A stretch of DNA of 24,000 bases from Altererythrobacter sp. (lineage in GTDB: Bacteria; Pseudomonadota; Alphaproteobacteria; Sphingomonadales; Sphingomonadaceae), in the NCBI GenBank assembly GCA_016793865.1, contig JAEULJ010000001.1, positions 703,496-727,495 on the forward strand, written 5' to 3'. The stretch's first letter is position 1. Each line of letters begins with the position of its first letter. Shown piece by piece: positions 1 through 7,240 of the stretch. Both the position numbers and the translations under genes were made by a program. The notes beneath the pieces are model-generated. The model was not told the DNA's origin. It ran no database searches and saw nothing but the letters and a program-made list of their open reading frames with translations.

Positions 1-1
1 C

Positions 2-1849
2 ATGGGCCTCAACCTGGACGTTACGCACATCGCCTTCGCCGGACTGACCAAGTTCGACGGGGTGCGCCAGCGGAGGCTGAGCCCGGCGGAGATGGCCCAG
101 ATCGCGGGCCGCGCGGGCCGGCATCAGCGCGATGGAACCTTCGGCACGCTGGCGGGCGCCGGCAAGGGCACCGGCGAGGCGCCGGAATTCACGCAGGAAG
201 AAATCTACGCGATCGAGGAACACCGCTTCGCGCCGCTCACCCATCTCTACTGGCGCGAGGCCGAGCCGAGCTTCGACAGCCTCGCCACTTTGATCGGCGA
301 TCTCGAGACACCGCCCGCCGATCCTGTGCTTCGGCTCGCACCCGAGGGCATCGACCTCGCGACCGTCAAGCGCCTCGCCGAGGAGCCGCTGGCCGAGGCG
401 ATCCGCACGCCCGGCCAGGTGCGGCGCTTCTGGGAGGTCTGTTCGCTCCCCGACTTCCGCCAGCGTGGCGCCGACGTTCACGCCCGCTTCGTGGCCCGCC
501 TGTGGGAAGACTTGCAAACCGGCCACATCGGTGCCGATTTCGTCGCCGCCCGGATCGCCGAACTCGACAATGTCGCCGGGGACATCGATACGCTGCAGGG
601 CCGGATCGCCGCGATCCGGAGCTGGGCCTATATCTGCCAGCGGCCGGACTGGGTGCTGGCGCGTGGCGCGATGGCGGCGCGGGCCCGCGCGGCGGAGGCG
701 CGGCTGTCGGACGCGCTTCATGCGCGGCTGACCGAAAGATTCGTTAACCGGAGGACATCGCTGCTGATGAAATCGCTGGGACAGGACGGCGCGCTGCTGC
801 CGATCGCGCTGGGCGCGGACGATACCGTGATGGTCGAGGACGAGGTGATCGGCCATCTCGAAGGCTTCCGCTTCGTGGTCGACCGCGCCGCCGGTCACGC
901 CGAAGGACGGATGCTGCTGGCCGCCGCAGAGAAGGCCTTGCCGCGGCTGCTTGGCGAGCGCGCGGAGGCACTGGCCGGCTCGAATCTGGAAGGGGTCACG
1001 CTGGAGCAAGGGGCGCTCCGCTGGCAGGGACGCGATCTTGCCCGCCTCCACTTCACGCCCGGCTCGCTCAAGCCGCGCATCGAGACGCCGCGCGAGATCG
1101 ACGCACTGCCCGAACCGGCGCGCAAGCTGCTGGGCGAGGCGATCGAGCGCTGGATGAGCGCCCGGATGCAGCCCCTCGCTCCGCTGGCGGGATTGATTGA
1201 TCATGCGCGCGATCCCGCCGCGAGCAGCGAGGCGCGCGCGCTGCTGCTGGCGCTCGTCGCCGGCCACGGGCTCGCCACCCGCGACGAGGCCGGGATCGCC
1301 CATCTTGCCAAGGAAGCGCGGCCATTCCTGCGCCGCGTGGGGGTGACCTTCGGAGCGCTCGACATCTTCGCACCCGCGCTTCTCAAGCCGGCACCGCGCC
1401 AGCTACTGAGCGAACTCGGTATCGATCGTCGCCCGCTGGAACCCGCGATGCTGCCGGTGATCGCCGACACGCGGCGGCTTCCTGTCGGCTACCGCCATGC
1501 CGGAACCCAGGCGATCCGGCTGGACCTGGCGGAGAAGGTCATTCGCGCCATGCACGATCAGCGTTCGGCGGCGCAGAAGGACGACCGCCGACGCCGCTTC
1601 GCGCTCGACCTCGCGCTGCCGACTTCGATCGGGCTGGCGCCGGGCAATATCGTCCGCCTGCTCGGCCAGGCGGGCTTCCGCGTCCAGCAGGCGCGCCCAT
1701 TGCCCGATTCCGCCTTCGGACCGCCAAGGCCCGATCTGTGGGAATGGCGCCCGCAGCATCTGCGCCCGGCGCGCGGTGAATCGGCGGCGCCGGCCCGGCC
1801 CGTGCCACCCGGCAACCCCTTTGCCGCCCTGGCGGGGCTGGTCCGCTAG
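2..1849 (+). CDS. Suv3-like DEAD/DEAH-box helicase, C-terminal part (5' end outside the window)
   Basis: ORF open from the window edge to TAG. Contains helicase motif VI-like 'QIAGRAGRHQRDGTFG' and a long C-terminal region typical of alphaproteobacterial Suv3-related helicases upstream of S4/fdxA/carD. Confidence 0.85.
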   Translation: MGLNLDVTHIAFAGLTKFDGVRQRRLSPAEMAQIAGRAGRHQRDGTFGTLAGAGKGTGEAPEFTQEEIYAIEEHRFAPLTHLYWREAEPSFDSLATLIGDLETPPADPVLRLAPEGIDLATVKRLAEEPLAEAIRTPGQVRRFWEVCSLPDFRQRGADVHARFVARLWEDLQTGHIGADFVAARIAELDNVAGDIDTLQGRIAAIRSWAYICQRPDWVLARGAMAARARAAEARLSDALHARLTERFVNRRTSLLMKSLGQDGALLPIALGADDTVMVEDEVIGHLEGFRFVVDRAAGHAEGRMLLAAAEKALPRLLGERAEALAGSNLEGVTLEQGALRWQGRDLARLHFTPGSLKPRIETPREIDALPEPARKLLGEAIERWMSARMQPLAPLAGLIDHARDPAASSEARALLLALVAGHGLATRDEAGIAHLAKEARPFLRRVGVTFGALDIFAPALLKPAPRQLLSELGIDRRPLEPAMLPVIADTRRLPVGYRHAGTQAIRLDLAEKVIRAMHDQRSAAQKDDRRRRFALDLALPTSIGLAPGNIVRLLGQAGFRVQQARPLPDSAFGPPRPDLWEWRPQHLRPARGESAAPARPVPPGNPFAALAGLVR

Positions 1850-1865
1850 GGTTCGGGCGCGGGCG

Positions 1866-2159
1866 GTGCGGATCGACCGGCTGCTGTGCAATTTGCGCTT
1901 CGTGCGCACGCGCAGCCTTGCATCGAAGCTGGCATCGACCGGTCAACTGCGGCGCAACGGCGTGCGCATCACCCGCGCGAGCCAGGAGGTGGTGGTGGGC
2001 GATGTCCTGACAATTCCGCTGGGCGCCGCGATCCGGCTCGTCGAGGTGCTGGCGCTTCCCGAGCAGCGCGGCCGCGCGCGCGAGGCCCAGGCCTGCTATC
2101 GGGCGCTTGACCGGATCGCGCAAACGGACCTAGGCGATCACGAGACTCCTAGCGCCTGA
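1866..2159 (+). CDS. RNA-binding S4 domain-containing protein (Hsp15-like)
   Basis: GTG start at 1866 in the frame of ORF 1497..2159. 'VRIDRLLCNLRFVRTRSLASKLASTGQLRRNGVRITRASQEVVVGDVLTI' matches the S4 fold pattern. Located between helicase and fdxA. Confidence 0.85.
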   Translation: MRIDRLLCNLRFVRTRSLASKLASTGQLRRNGVRITRASQEVVVGDVLTIPLGAAIRLVEVLALPEQRGRAREAQACYRALDRIAQTDLGDHETPSA

Positions 2160-2174
2160 AAGATCCCAGCTGCC

Positions 2175-2513
2175 ATGACCTATGTCGTCACCGATGCCTG
2201 CATCCGATGCAAGTACACCGACTGTGTCGAGGTCTGCCCCGTGGACTGTTTCTACGAAGGCGAGACGATGCTGGTCATCAACCCCAGCGAATGCATCGAT
2301 TGCGGCGTGTGCGAGCCCGAATGCCCGGCCGAGGCGATCCTTCCCGATACCGAGGACGGGCAGGAACAATGGCTGGAGCTGAACGCCAAATATTCGGCCG
2401 AATGGCCCAATATCACCCAGAAGAAAGATCCCCCGCCCGATGCCGACGAGCACAAGGGTGAGGAAGGAAAGTTCGAAGCCTATTTCACTCCCGAACCGGG
2501 CGAGGGCGACTGA
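2175..2513 (+). CDS. fdxA: 7Fe/8Fe-type ferredoxin FdxA
   Basis: '[55 protein letters not shown]' shows two Fe-S cysteine clusters and the FdxA-type C-terminal tail. Confidence 0.95.
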   Translation: MTYVVTDACIRCKYTDCVEVCPVDCFYEGETMLVINPSECIDCGVCEPECPAEAILPDTEDGQEQWLELNAKYSAEWPNITQKKDPPPDADEHKGEEGKFEAYFTPEPGEGD

Positions 2514-2540
2514 CGCCGCGCCGCCGCTGGGCGACAGCCA

Positions 2541-2555
2541 ATTGCGAGTCGCAAT
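2541..2555. promoter_or_regulatory. Perfect 7-1-7 inverted repeat ATTGCGA-G-TCGCAAT, candidate operator
   Basis: Read directly: attgcga g tcgcaat. It ends 18 bp before a TATAAT (2574-2579), so it reaches into the expected -35 zone. Confidence 0.6.
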
Positions 2556-2573
2556 CTTCTTGCTTTCGTGCTA

Positions 2574-2579
2574 TATAAT
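2574..2579 (+). promoter_or_regulatory. Candidate -10 element (TATAAT) for the carD transcript
   Basis: Exact TATAAT in 'gtgctatataatctgag', in a locally lower-GC stretch between fdxA and carD. No good TTGACA at correct spacing. Confidence 0.5.
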
Positions 2580-2750
2580 CTGAGTCCCGCCCCGGTGTGC
2601 GAACACGTCGCATGCATCCGGCGCGGTATGCAACGCTGAAAGGCAGGATCGCCGCCACTCCCCCCGAACTGCATCCGCGCGGCTCGCCTATCGGCCGCGA
2701 AGGCGGAAAAATGCAGGTCGCGGCACGATCCGCCGATGAAAGGACCAAGC

Positions 2751-3284
2751 ATGGCGAGCAAGGCCGATGCCTTCGATGTTGGTGACTACGTTGTCTATCC
2801 CAAGCACGGCGTTGGCCGTGTGATCGAGCTGCAGAGCGAGGAAATCGCCGGCATGAAGCTCGATCTTTATGTTCTGCGCTTCGAGAAGGAGCGCATGACG
2901 TTGCGCGTTCCGGTCAACAAGGTCGAGGCAATCGGCATGCGCAAGCTGTCGAGCGACAAGACGCTCAAGGAAGCGATGGAGACCTTGAAGGGCAAGCCCA
3001 AGGTCAAGCGCACCATGTGGAGCAGGCGCGCGCAGGAATATGAAGCCAAGATCAACTCCGGCGACCTGGTTTCGATCGCCGAGGTGACCCGCGACCTGTT
3101 CCGCCCCGAAGACCAGCCCGAGCAGAGCTATTCGGAACGCCAGATCTTCGAAGCCGCCGCCAGCCGCCTCGCTCGCGAGCTCGCCGCGATGGAGAAGACC
3201 GACGAGCCGGCCGCTCTGGACAAGATTCTCGACGTGCTGCGCGAGCACGCGCCGCAATATTACGAGACCGCCGAAGAAGGCTGA
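2751..3284 (+). CDS. CarD/CdnL family transcriptional regulator
   Basis: 'FDVGDYVVYPKHGVGRVIELQSEEIAGMKLDLYVLRFEKERMTLRVPVNKV' is the CarD-type RNAP-interacting domain. Internal ATG (MASKADAF) preferred over the track start at 2736. Confidence 0.93.
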   Translation: MASKADAFDVGDYVVYPKHGVGRVIELQSEEIAGMKLDLYVLRFEKERMTLRVPVNKVEAIGMRKLSSDKTLKEAMETLKGKPKVKRTMWSRRAQEYEAKINSGDLVSIAEVTRDLFRPEDQPEQSYSERQIFEAAASRLARELAAMEKTDEPAALDKILDVLREHAPQYYETAEEG

Positions 3285-3306
3285 GCGGGCGATCGCAAGA
3301 CAACCG

Positions 3307-3335
3307 GGGGCCGCCTGAAAGGGCGGCCCCTTTTT
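3307..3335 (+). terminator. Intrinsic terminator downstream of the CarD-family gene
   Basis: GGGGCCGCC-TGAAAG-GGCGGCCCC followed by TTTTT: 9-bp perfect GC-rich stem, 6-nt loop, T5 tract, 22 nt after the stop codon. Confidence 0.9.
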
Positions 3336-3474
3336 CATGCGCGTCTCTCCTCTGAGCGCTCCGGGGAGAGGCAGTTCCACCAATCGACTACATTTGTCGA
3401 TGAACGCACTCGACGAAGCGCCGGGGATCGGCGACATCGACAGCCACTGTCCATGCCCCCCGGAAGGAACCCCA

Positions 3475-4218
3475 ATGTCCCGCTTCCTGCTTGCCGGATC
3501 GTTCGCCCTTGCCGCCGCAGCGGCATTGGCCGCCGCGCCCTCCATCGCGGATAGCCCGCGCGACGGTCTCCAGCGTAACGGCAAGGCGATCGGTGCCGCC
3601 TGGACCGACACCGGACGCTTCGATAGCCTGACGGCGGCCGGGATGGACAATGTGCGGCTGGTCACCGGCGAGCACTGGCGCATTCGGGCGAGCGGCGATG
3701 CGCGCGCCGTCGCGCAGTTGCGCTTCATGGTAAAGGATGGCGCACTGGTGGTGGGCCGCGTGTCCGGGGGTCCGGAGCGCTCGGGCAAGGCGCAGATCGA
3801 GGTCACCGCACCCGCGATCCACGGCGTTACCGCCGCCGGCTCCGGAAACGTCGATGTCGAGCGCCTGACGGGCGCGAGTGCGGTCGCGACGATCGCAGGA
3901 AGCAGCCATACACTTGTCCGCAAGGTGGAGAGCAAGACCCTGTCCGCCACCATTGCGGGATCGGGCAGCCTCGACCTCAGGGGGCGCAGCGACCGTGCCG
4001 ACATCACCATCGCCGGCAGCGGCGCGTTCGACGGCAAGGCCTTTACCGCAGGCTCCGCCAGCGTGACCGTGGCCGGGTCTGGATCCGGGCGGTTTCGCTC
4101 TCCCGGTCCGGTCAGTGCCACTATCGCCGGAAGCGGCAGCGTCCGTGTGACCGGCACCACGACTTGCAGCGCGACGCGCCTGGGCTCGGGCCGGCTGATC
4201 TGCACCCGCGATTCCTGA
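3475..4218 (+). CDS. Exported GIN/DUF2807 domain-containing protein
   Basis: Signal peptide 'MSRFLLAGSFALAAAAALAAAPSIA'. Repeated 'ATIAGSGSxxLxG..SxxxxITIAGSG' beta-helix pattern typical of DUF2807. Start at internal ATG 3475. Confidence 0.8.
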   Translation: MSRFLLAGSFALAAAAALAAAPSIADSPRDGLQRNGKAIGAAWTDTGRFDSLTAAGMDNVRLVTGEHWRIRASGDARAVAQLRFMVKDGALVVGRVSGGPERSGKAQIEVTAPAIHGVTAAGSGNVDVERLTGASAVATIAGSSHTLVRKVESKTLSATIAGSGSLDLRGRSDRADITIAGSGAFDGKAFTAGSASVTVAGSGSGRFRSPGPVSATIAGSGSVRVTGTTTCSATRLGSGRLICTRDS

Positions 4219-4277
4219 CCAACGCGCCATGGTGATCGACCGGAGCAGGCGCCGCCGATTGAACGGCTCCCCATCGT

Positions 4278-4295
4278 GTGTTAATTCGATAACAC
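4278..4295. promoter_or_regulatory. Inverted repeat GTGTTA-N6-TAACAC upstream of the second GIN-domain gene
   Basis: Read directly: gtgtta attcga taacac, ending 21 bp before the ATG at 4317. An SD-like 'gaagga' lies between. Confidence 0.45.
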
Positions 4296-4316
4296 GCTGA
4301 GAAGGAGTTGAGAGTC

Positions 4317-5123
4317 ATGTCGAGGACCTTGCTCAAGAGCGCCGCCGCGATGGCAGCCCTCGCCCTGGGGCTTGCCGCCACTGCCTGCAACAATGGAACC
4401 GGGCTCGCCCCGGGCCTCAGCGATGGCGTTCCCCTGGCCGACCTCGATACCTCCGGCCCCGCGCCGACCCGAGTGATACTGGCCGGAGCCGATACGGTGA
4501 TCGTCAACGAGGGGGACGCCCTCACCATCACGGCAGATGGCGATGCGGATGCGGTTGCCGCGCTCCGTTTCCGCCTGGAAGACGGTACGATCGCGGTCAT
4601 GCGCGAACGGGACGCGAAGCCGAAGGGCGTTGCCACCGTAACCATCGCCATGCCCCCCGCGCGCGAACTGGTACTGGCGGGATCCGGCGCGATCCGCGCG
4701 GCAACCATGACCGATTCGGCCGAAATCAATCTCGCCGGATCGGGGCGTGTTGCCGTGAGCCGGGTCGCCGCCAGCAGCTTGCGCGTCAATCTGATGGGTT
4801 CCGGCACGCTCGATGCCGCCGGAACTGCCAGGCAGCTCGATTTCAATCTGGCGGGCTCGGGCAGAATGGCCTCGCCCCGGCTCAAGGTAGATACGGCATC
4901 GATCACGATCGCCGGATCGGGCGGGGGAGAGTTCGCTTCGGACGGTTCGGTGGAGGCAAGGATTGCGGGCTCGGGCGAAGTCACGGTCAATGGCCGTGCG
5001 ACCTGCAAGATCAGCGCCGCCGGATCGGGGAAGATCATCTGTCGCGGGGCAGACGGCGGAGCTTCCACTCCGGCCGCGCCTGTTGCTCCCCTCGCCCCGC
5101 CTCAGCCTCGCGAACCGGAATAA
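4317..5123 (+). CDS. GIN/DUF2807 domain-containing lipoprotein-like exported protein (paralogue of the preceding gene)
   Basis: 'MSRTLLKSAAAMAALALGLAATACNNGTG' has a lipobox-like LAATAC. 'SITIAGSGGGEFASDGSVEARIAGSGEVTVNGRATCKISAAGSGKIICR' parallels the C-terminus of the upstream protein. Confidence 0.8.
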   Translation: MSRTLLKSAAAMAALALGLAATACNNGTGLAPGLSDGVPLADLDTSGPAPTRVILAGADTVIVNEGDALTITADGDADAVAALRFRLEDGTIAVMRERDAKPKGVATVTIAMPPARELVLAGSGAIRAATMTDSAEINLAGSGRVAVSRVAASSLRVNLMGSGTLDAAGTARQLDFNLAGSGRMASPRLKVDTASITIAGSGGGEFASDGSVEARIAGSGEVTVNGRATCKISAAGSGKIICRGADGGASTPAAPVAPLAPPQPREPE

Positions 5124-5179
5124 TTCATCGCCCGGTAACGCAATTCACCCTAGGCCTTGCGGCGAAAGGGGTGCCCTGG

Positions 5180-5506
5180 ATGCGCGGCCGTTCCGTTCTG
5201 CTGCTGATCGCCTGCGTTCCGGCGCTCTCGGGGTGCGTGGGCACCCTGGTCGATGCCGCCACCCTGCCGGTGCGTGCAGCCGGCAAGGCGGTCGATTTGG
5301 CCACCACTAGCCAGTCCGAGGCGGACGAGAATCGTGGGCGCGAACTGCGCCGCCGCGAGGAGCAACTCGGCAAGCTGGAGCGCAGCTATGCCAAGCAGAG
5401 CGCGCGTTGCGAGCGCGGCGAAGCGAAATCCTGCGAAGAGGCTCGCAAGACCTACGCCGAGATCGAGGCCCTTCTCCCGACCTTGCCCGCCGAGCCGCGG
5501 CGCTAG
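5180..5506 (+). CDS. Small putative lipoprotein with a charged, coiled-coil-like C-terminal region
   Basis: 'MRGRSVLLLIACVPALSGCVGTLVDA' is a signal peptide plus lipobox LSGC. Glu/Arg-rich tail 'RRREEQLGKLERSYAKQSARCERGEAKSCEEARKTYAEIEALLPTLP'. Confidence 0.6.
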   Translation: MRGRSVLLLIACVPALSGCVGTLVDAATLPVRAAGKAVDLATTSQSEADENRGRELRRREEQLGKLERSYAKQSARCERGEAKSCEEARKTYAEIEALLPTLPAEPRR

Positions 5507-6258
5507 CCGTAGGCCCGTACGAAGAACGCCAGAGTCGTCGCCCCGGTCACCAGCAGCGTCCAGGCGCGCACCGCACCCGGGGAAAGCCGCTTGCCGACGT
5601 GTGCGCCCAGCCACCCGCCCAGAATCCCGCCCGCCAGCATCGGCAGGCAGGCCCACCACCACACCATCGCGAAGGCGATGAACACCAGCGCGGCAGCCAG
5701 GTTGGCCACGGCCAGCATGGCGGTGCGGATGGCGAACAGCTCGCGCGGCTGGATCCCCGCCAGCAGGCCGTAGAGCGCCGTCGTGACCAGCCCCACACCG
5801 CCGCCGAAATAGCCGCCGTAAACGCCCAGCAGCGACTGGGTGGCCAATAGCGTCGGCCGCCCGATGGTCACCCGCGCATGGAGCCAGTCGGCGGCACGCT
5901 TGCCGAAGGCCATCACCACGAAGGCGAACAGCAGCAACCACGGCACGATGACGTCGAAGGTTTCGGTCGGCGTCATGACCAGCAGCATGCTCCCTACGAG
6001 GCCGCCTGCGAAGGTGATCGCCGCCAGGACCGCCACCGCGATGCCCGCCACCGGGTGTAGCTCATCGCGAAAGGCCCAGGCACTTGCCGCGGCGCCGGGG
6101 AGCAGCGCGACGTTGGAGGTGGCATTTGCGATCGTGGCGGGCAATCCCAGCGCGATCAACGCCGGAAGCGTGGCGAATGTCCCGCCGCCGGCCAGCGCGT
6201 TCATCGCCCCGCCGATCATCCCGGCGGCGGCGGCGATCAGAAGCGGTGTAAACTCCAA
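5503..6258 (-). CDS. TSUP (TauE/SafE) family membrane permease
   Basis: Multi-TM ORF 'MEFTPLLIAAAAGMIGGAMNALAGGGTFATLPALIALGLPATIANATSNVALLPGAAASAWAFRDEL', the typical TSUP N-terminal half. Confidence 0.88.
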   Translation of the reverse strand: MEFTPLLIAAAAGMIGGAMNALAGGGTFATLPALIALGLPATIANATSNVALLPGAAASAWAFRDELHPVAGIAVAVLAAITFAGGLVGSMLLVMTPTETFDVIVPWLLLFAFVVMAFGKRAADWLHARVTIGRPTLLATQSLLGVYGGYFGGGVGLVTTALYGLLAGIQPRELFAIRTAMLAVANLAAALVFIAFAMVWWWACLPMLAGGILGGWLGAHVGKRLSPGAVRAWTLLVTGATTLAFFVRAYG

Positions 6259-6261
6259 TTC

Positions 6262-7191
6262 CTACCCTTTCGGAGCTGCGGCGCGACGAAGCCGGTCGTT
6301 GATGGCGATCCCGATGCCGGTATCGGGTATCGCGGCGACGGCGATGCGCCGTTGCGGCGCCCCCGCCGCGCGGTGCAGGCAGGCGTAGAGATTGGCCGCC
6401 GCTTCCGCCAGATCGCCGCGCGGCGAAAGCGAACAATCTCCTTCCACCGGACCGAACCCGATCAGATACTCGCCGGCTTCGCCCCGCACGGCGTCCAGCC
6501 GGAGCGGCTTGCCCGGGGCGTAGTGGCTGGCGAGCTGGCCCGGCGCCTCCACCGCGCTTCCCCGCGCCGGCTCCGCCGCCACGTCGATCGGGCCGGGCCG
6601 CAGCAAATCGCACCTTCCGTCAGCGCGCACCGCCACGATGGTGGACTCAAGCCCGGCGGGGCACGGGCCCGCGTCGAGCACCGCGTCGATGCGCCCATCC
6701 AATGTCGCCAGCACGTGATCGGCCGTGGTCGGGCTGACGAGGCCGCTGCGGTTGGCGCTGGGGGCGGCGAGCGGCACGCCCACCTGCCCCAGCACGGCGC
6801 GCATTGCGGGGTGTGCGGGACAGCGCAGCGCAACCGTGTCCAGCCCCGCGGTCACGGCCGCCGCCAGCGTGGCGTCGCGGCGGCGCGGCAGGACCAGCGT
6901 CAAGGGTCCGGGCCAGTGCGAGGCCGCCAGAGCGCGTGCGCCATCGCCGAACTCCGCCAGCGTTTCCGCCTGCGCGAGCGATTCGACATGGACGATGAGG
7001 GGATTGAACCCCGGCCGCCCCTTGGCCGCATAGATGCGCGCCACCGCCGCATCGCTGTCGGCCCGGGCGGCGAGGCCATAGACCGTCTCCGTCGGCAGCG
7101 CGGCCAGCCCGCCGGCACGCAGCAGCACCGCCGCGCGCGCGATGCCGCCCTTGTCCGCGCCAAGCCGTTCCGTAGGGGATTTGCCGGTCAT
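6262..7191 (-). CDS. L-threonylcarbamoyladenylate synthase (Sua5/YrdC/YwlC family with C-terminal Sua5 domain)
   Basis: 'LRAGGLAALPTETVYGLAARADSDAAVARIYAAKGRPGFNPLIVHV' and 'PSANRSGLVSPTTADHV' are signature YrdC motifs. The C-terminal 'PGQLASHYAPGKPLRLDA' is the Sua5 linker/domain. Confidence 0.93.
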   Translation of the reverse strand: MTGKSPTERLGADKGGIARAAVLLRAGGLAALPTETVYGLAARADSDAAVARIYAAKGRPGFNPLIVHVESLAQAETLAEFGDGARALAASHWPGPLTLVLPRRRDATLAAAVTAGLDTVALRCPAHPAMRAVLGQVGVPLAAPSANRSGLVSPTTADHVLATLDGRIDAVLDAGPCPAGLESTIVAVRADGRCDLLRPGPIDVAAEPARGSAVEAPGQLASHYAPGKPLRLDAVRGEAGEYLIGFGPVEGDCSLSPRGDLAEAAANLYACLHRAAGAPQRRIAVAAIPDTGIGIAINDRLRRAAAPKG

Positions 7192-7240
7192 ACCGGCCCG
7201 GTATATTCGCCGGGTTCACAATACCACCGGAAAGCCCAGT

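Noticed and set aside
2688-4274. 528-aa minus-strand ORF over carD and the first GIN gene, plus similar 280-aa and 315-aa ORFs
   Set aside because: Antisense to well-supported genes and crosses a strong terminator. Composition biased, no recognisable protein signature.
6711-6726. Other CACGTG-containing words (near 6716, 13090 and 15846) considered as further parS sites
   Set aside because: Only the central hexamer matches. Flanks do not fit GTTTCACGTGAAAC.
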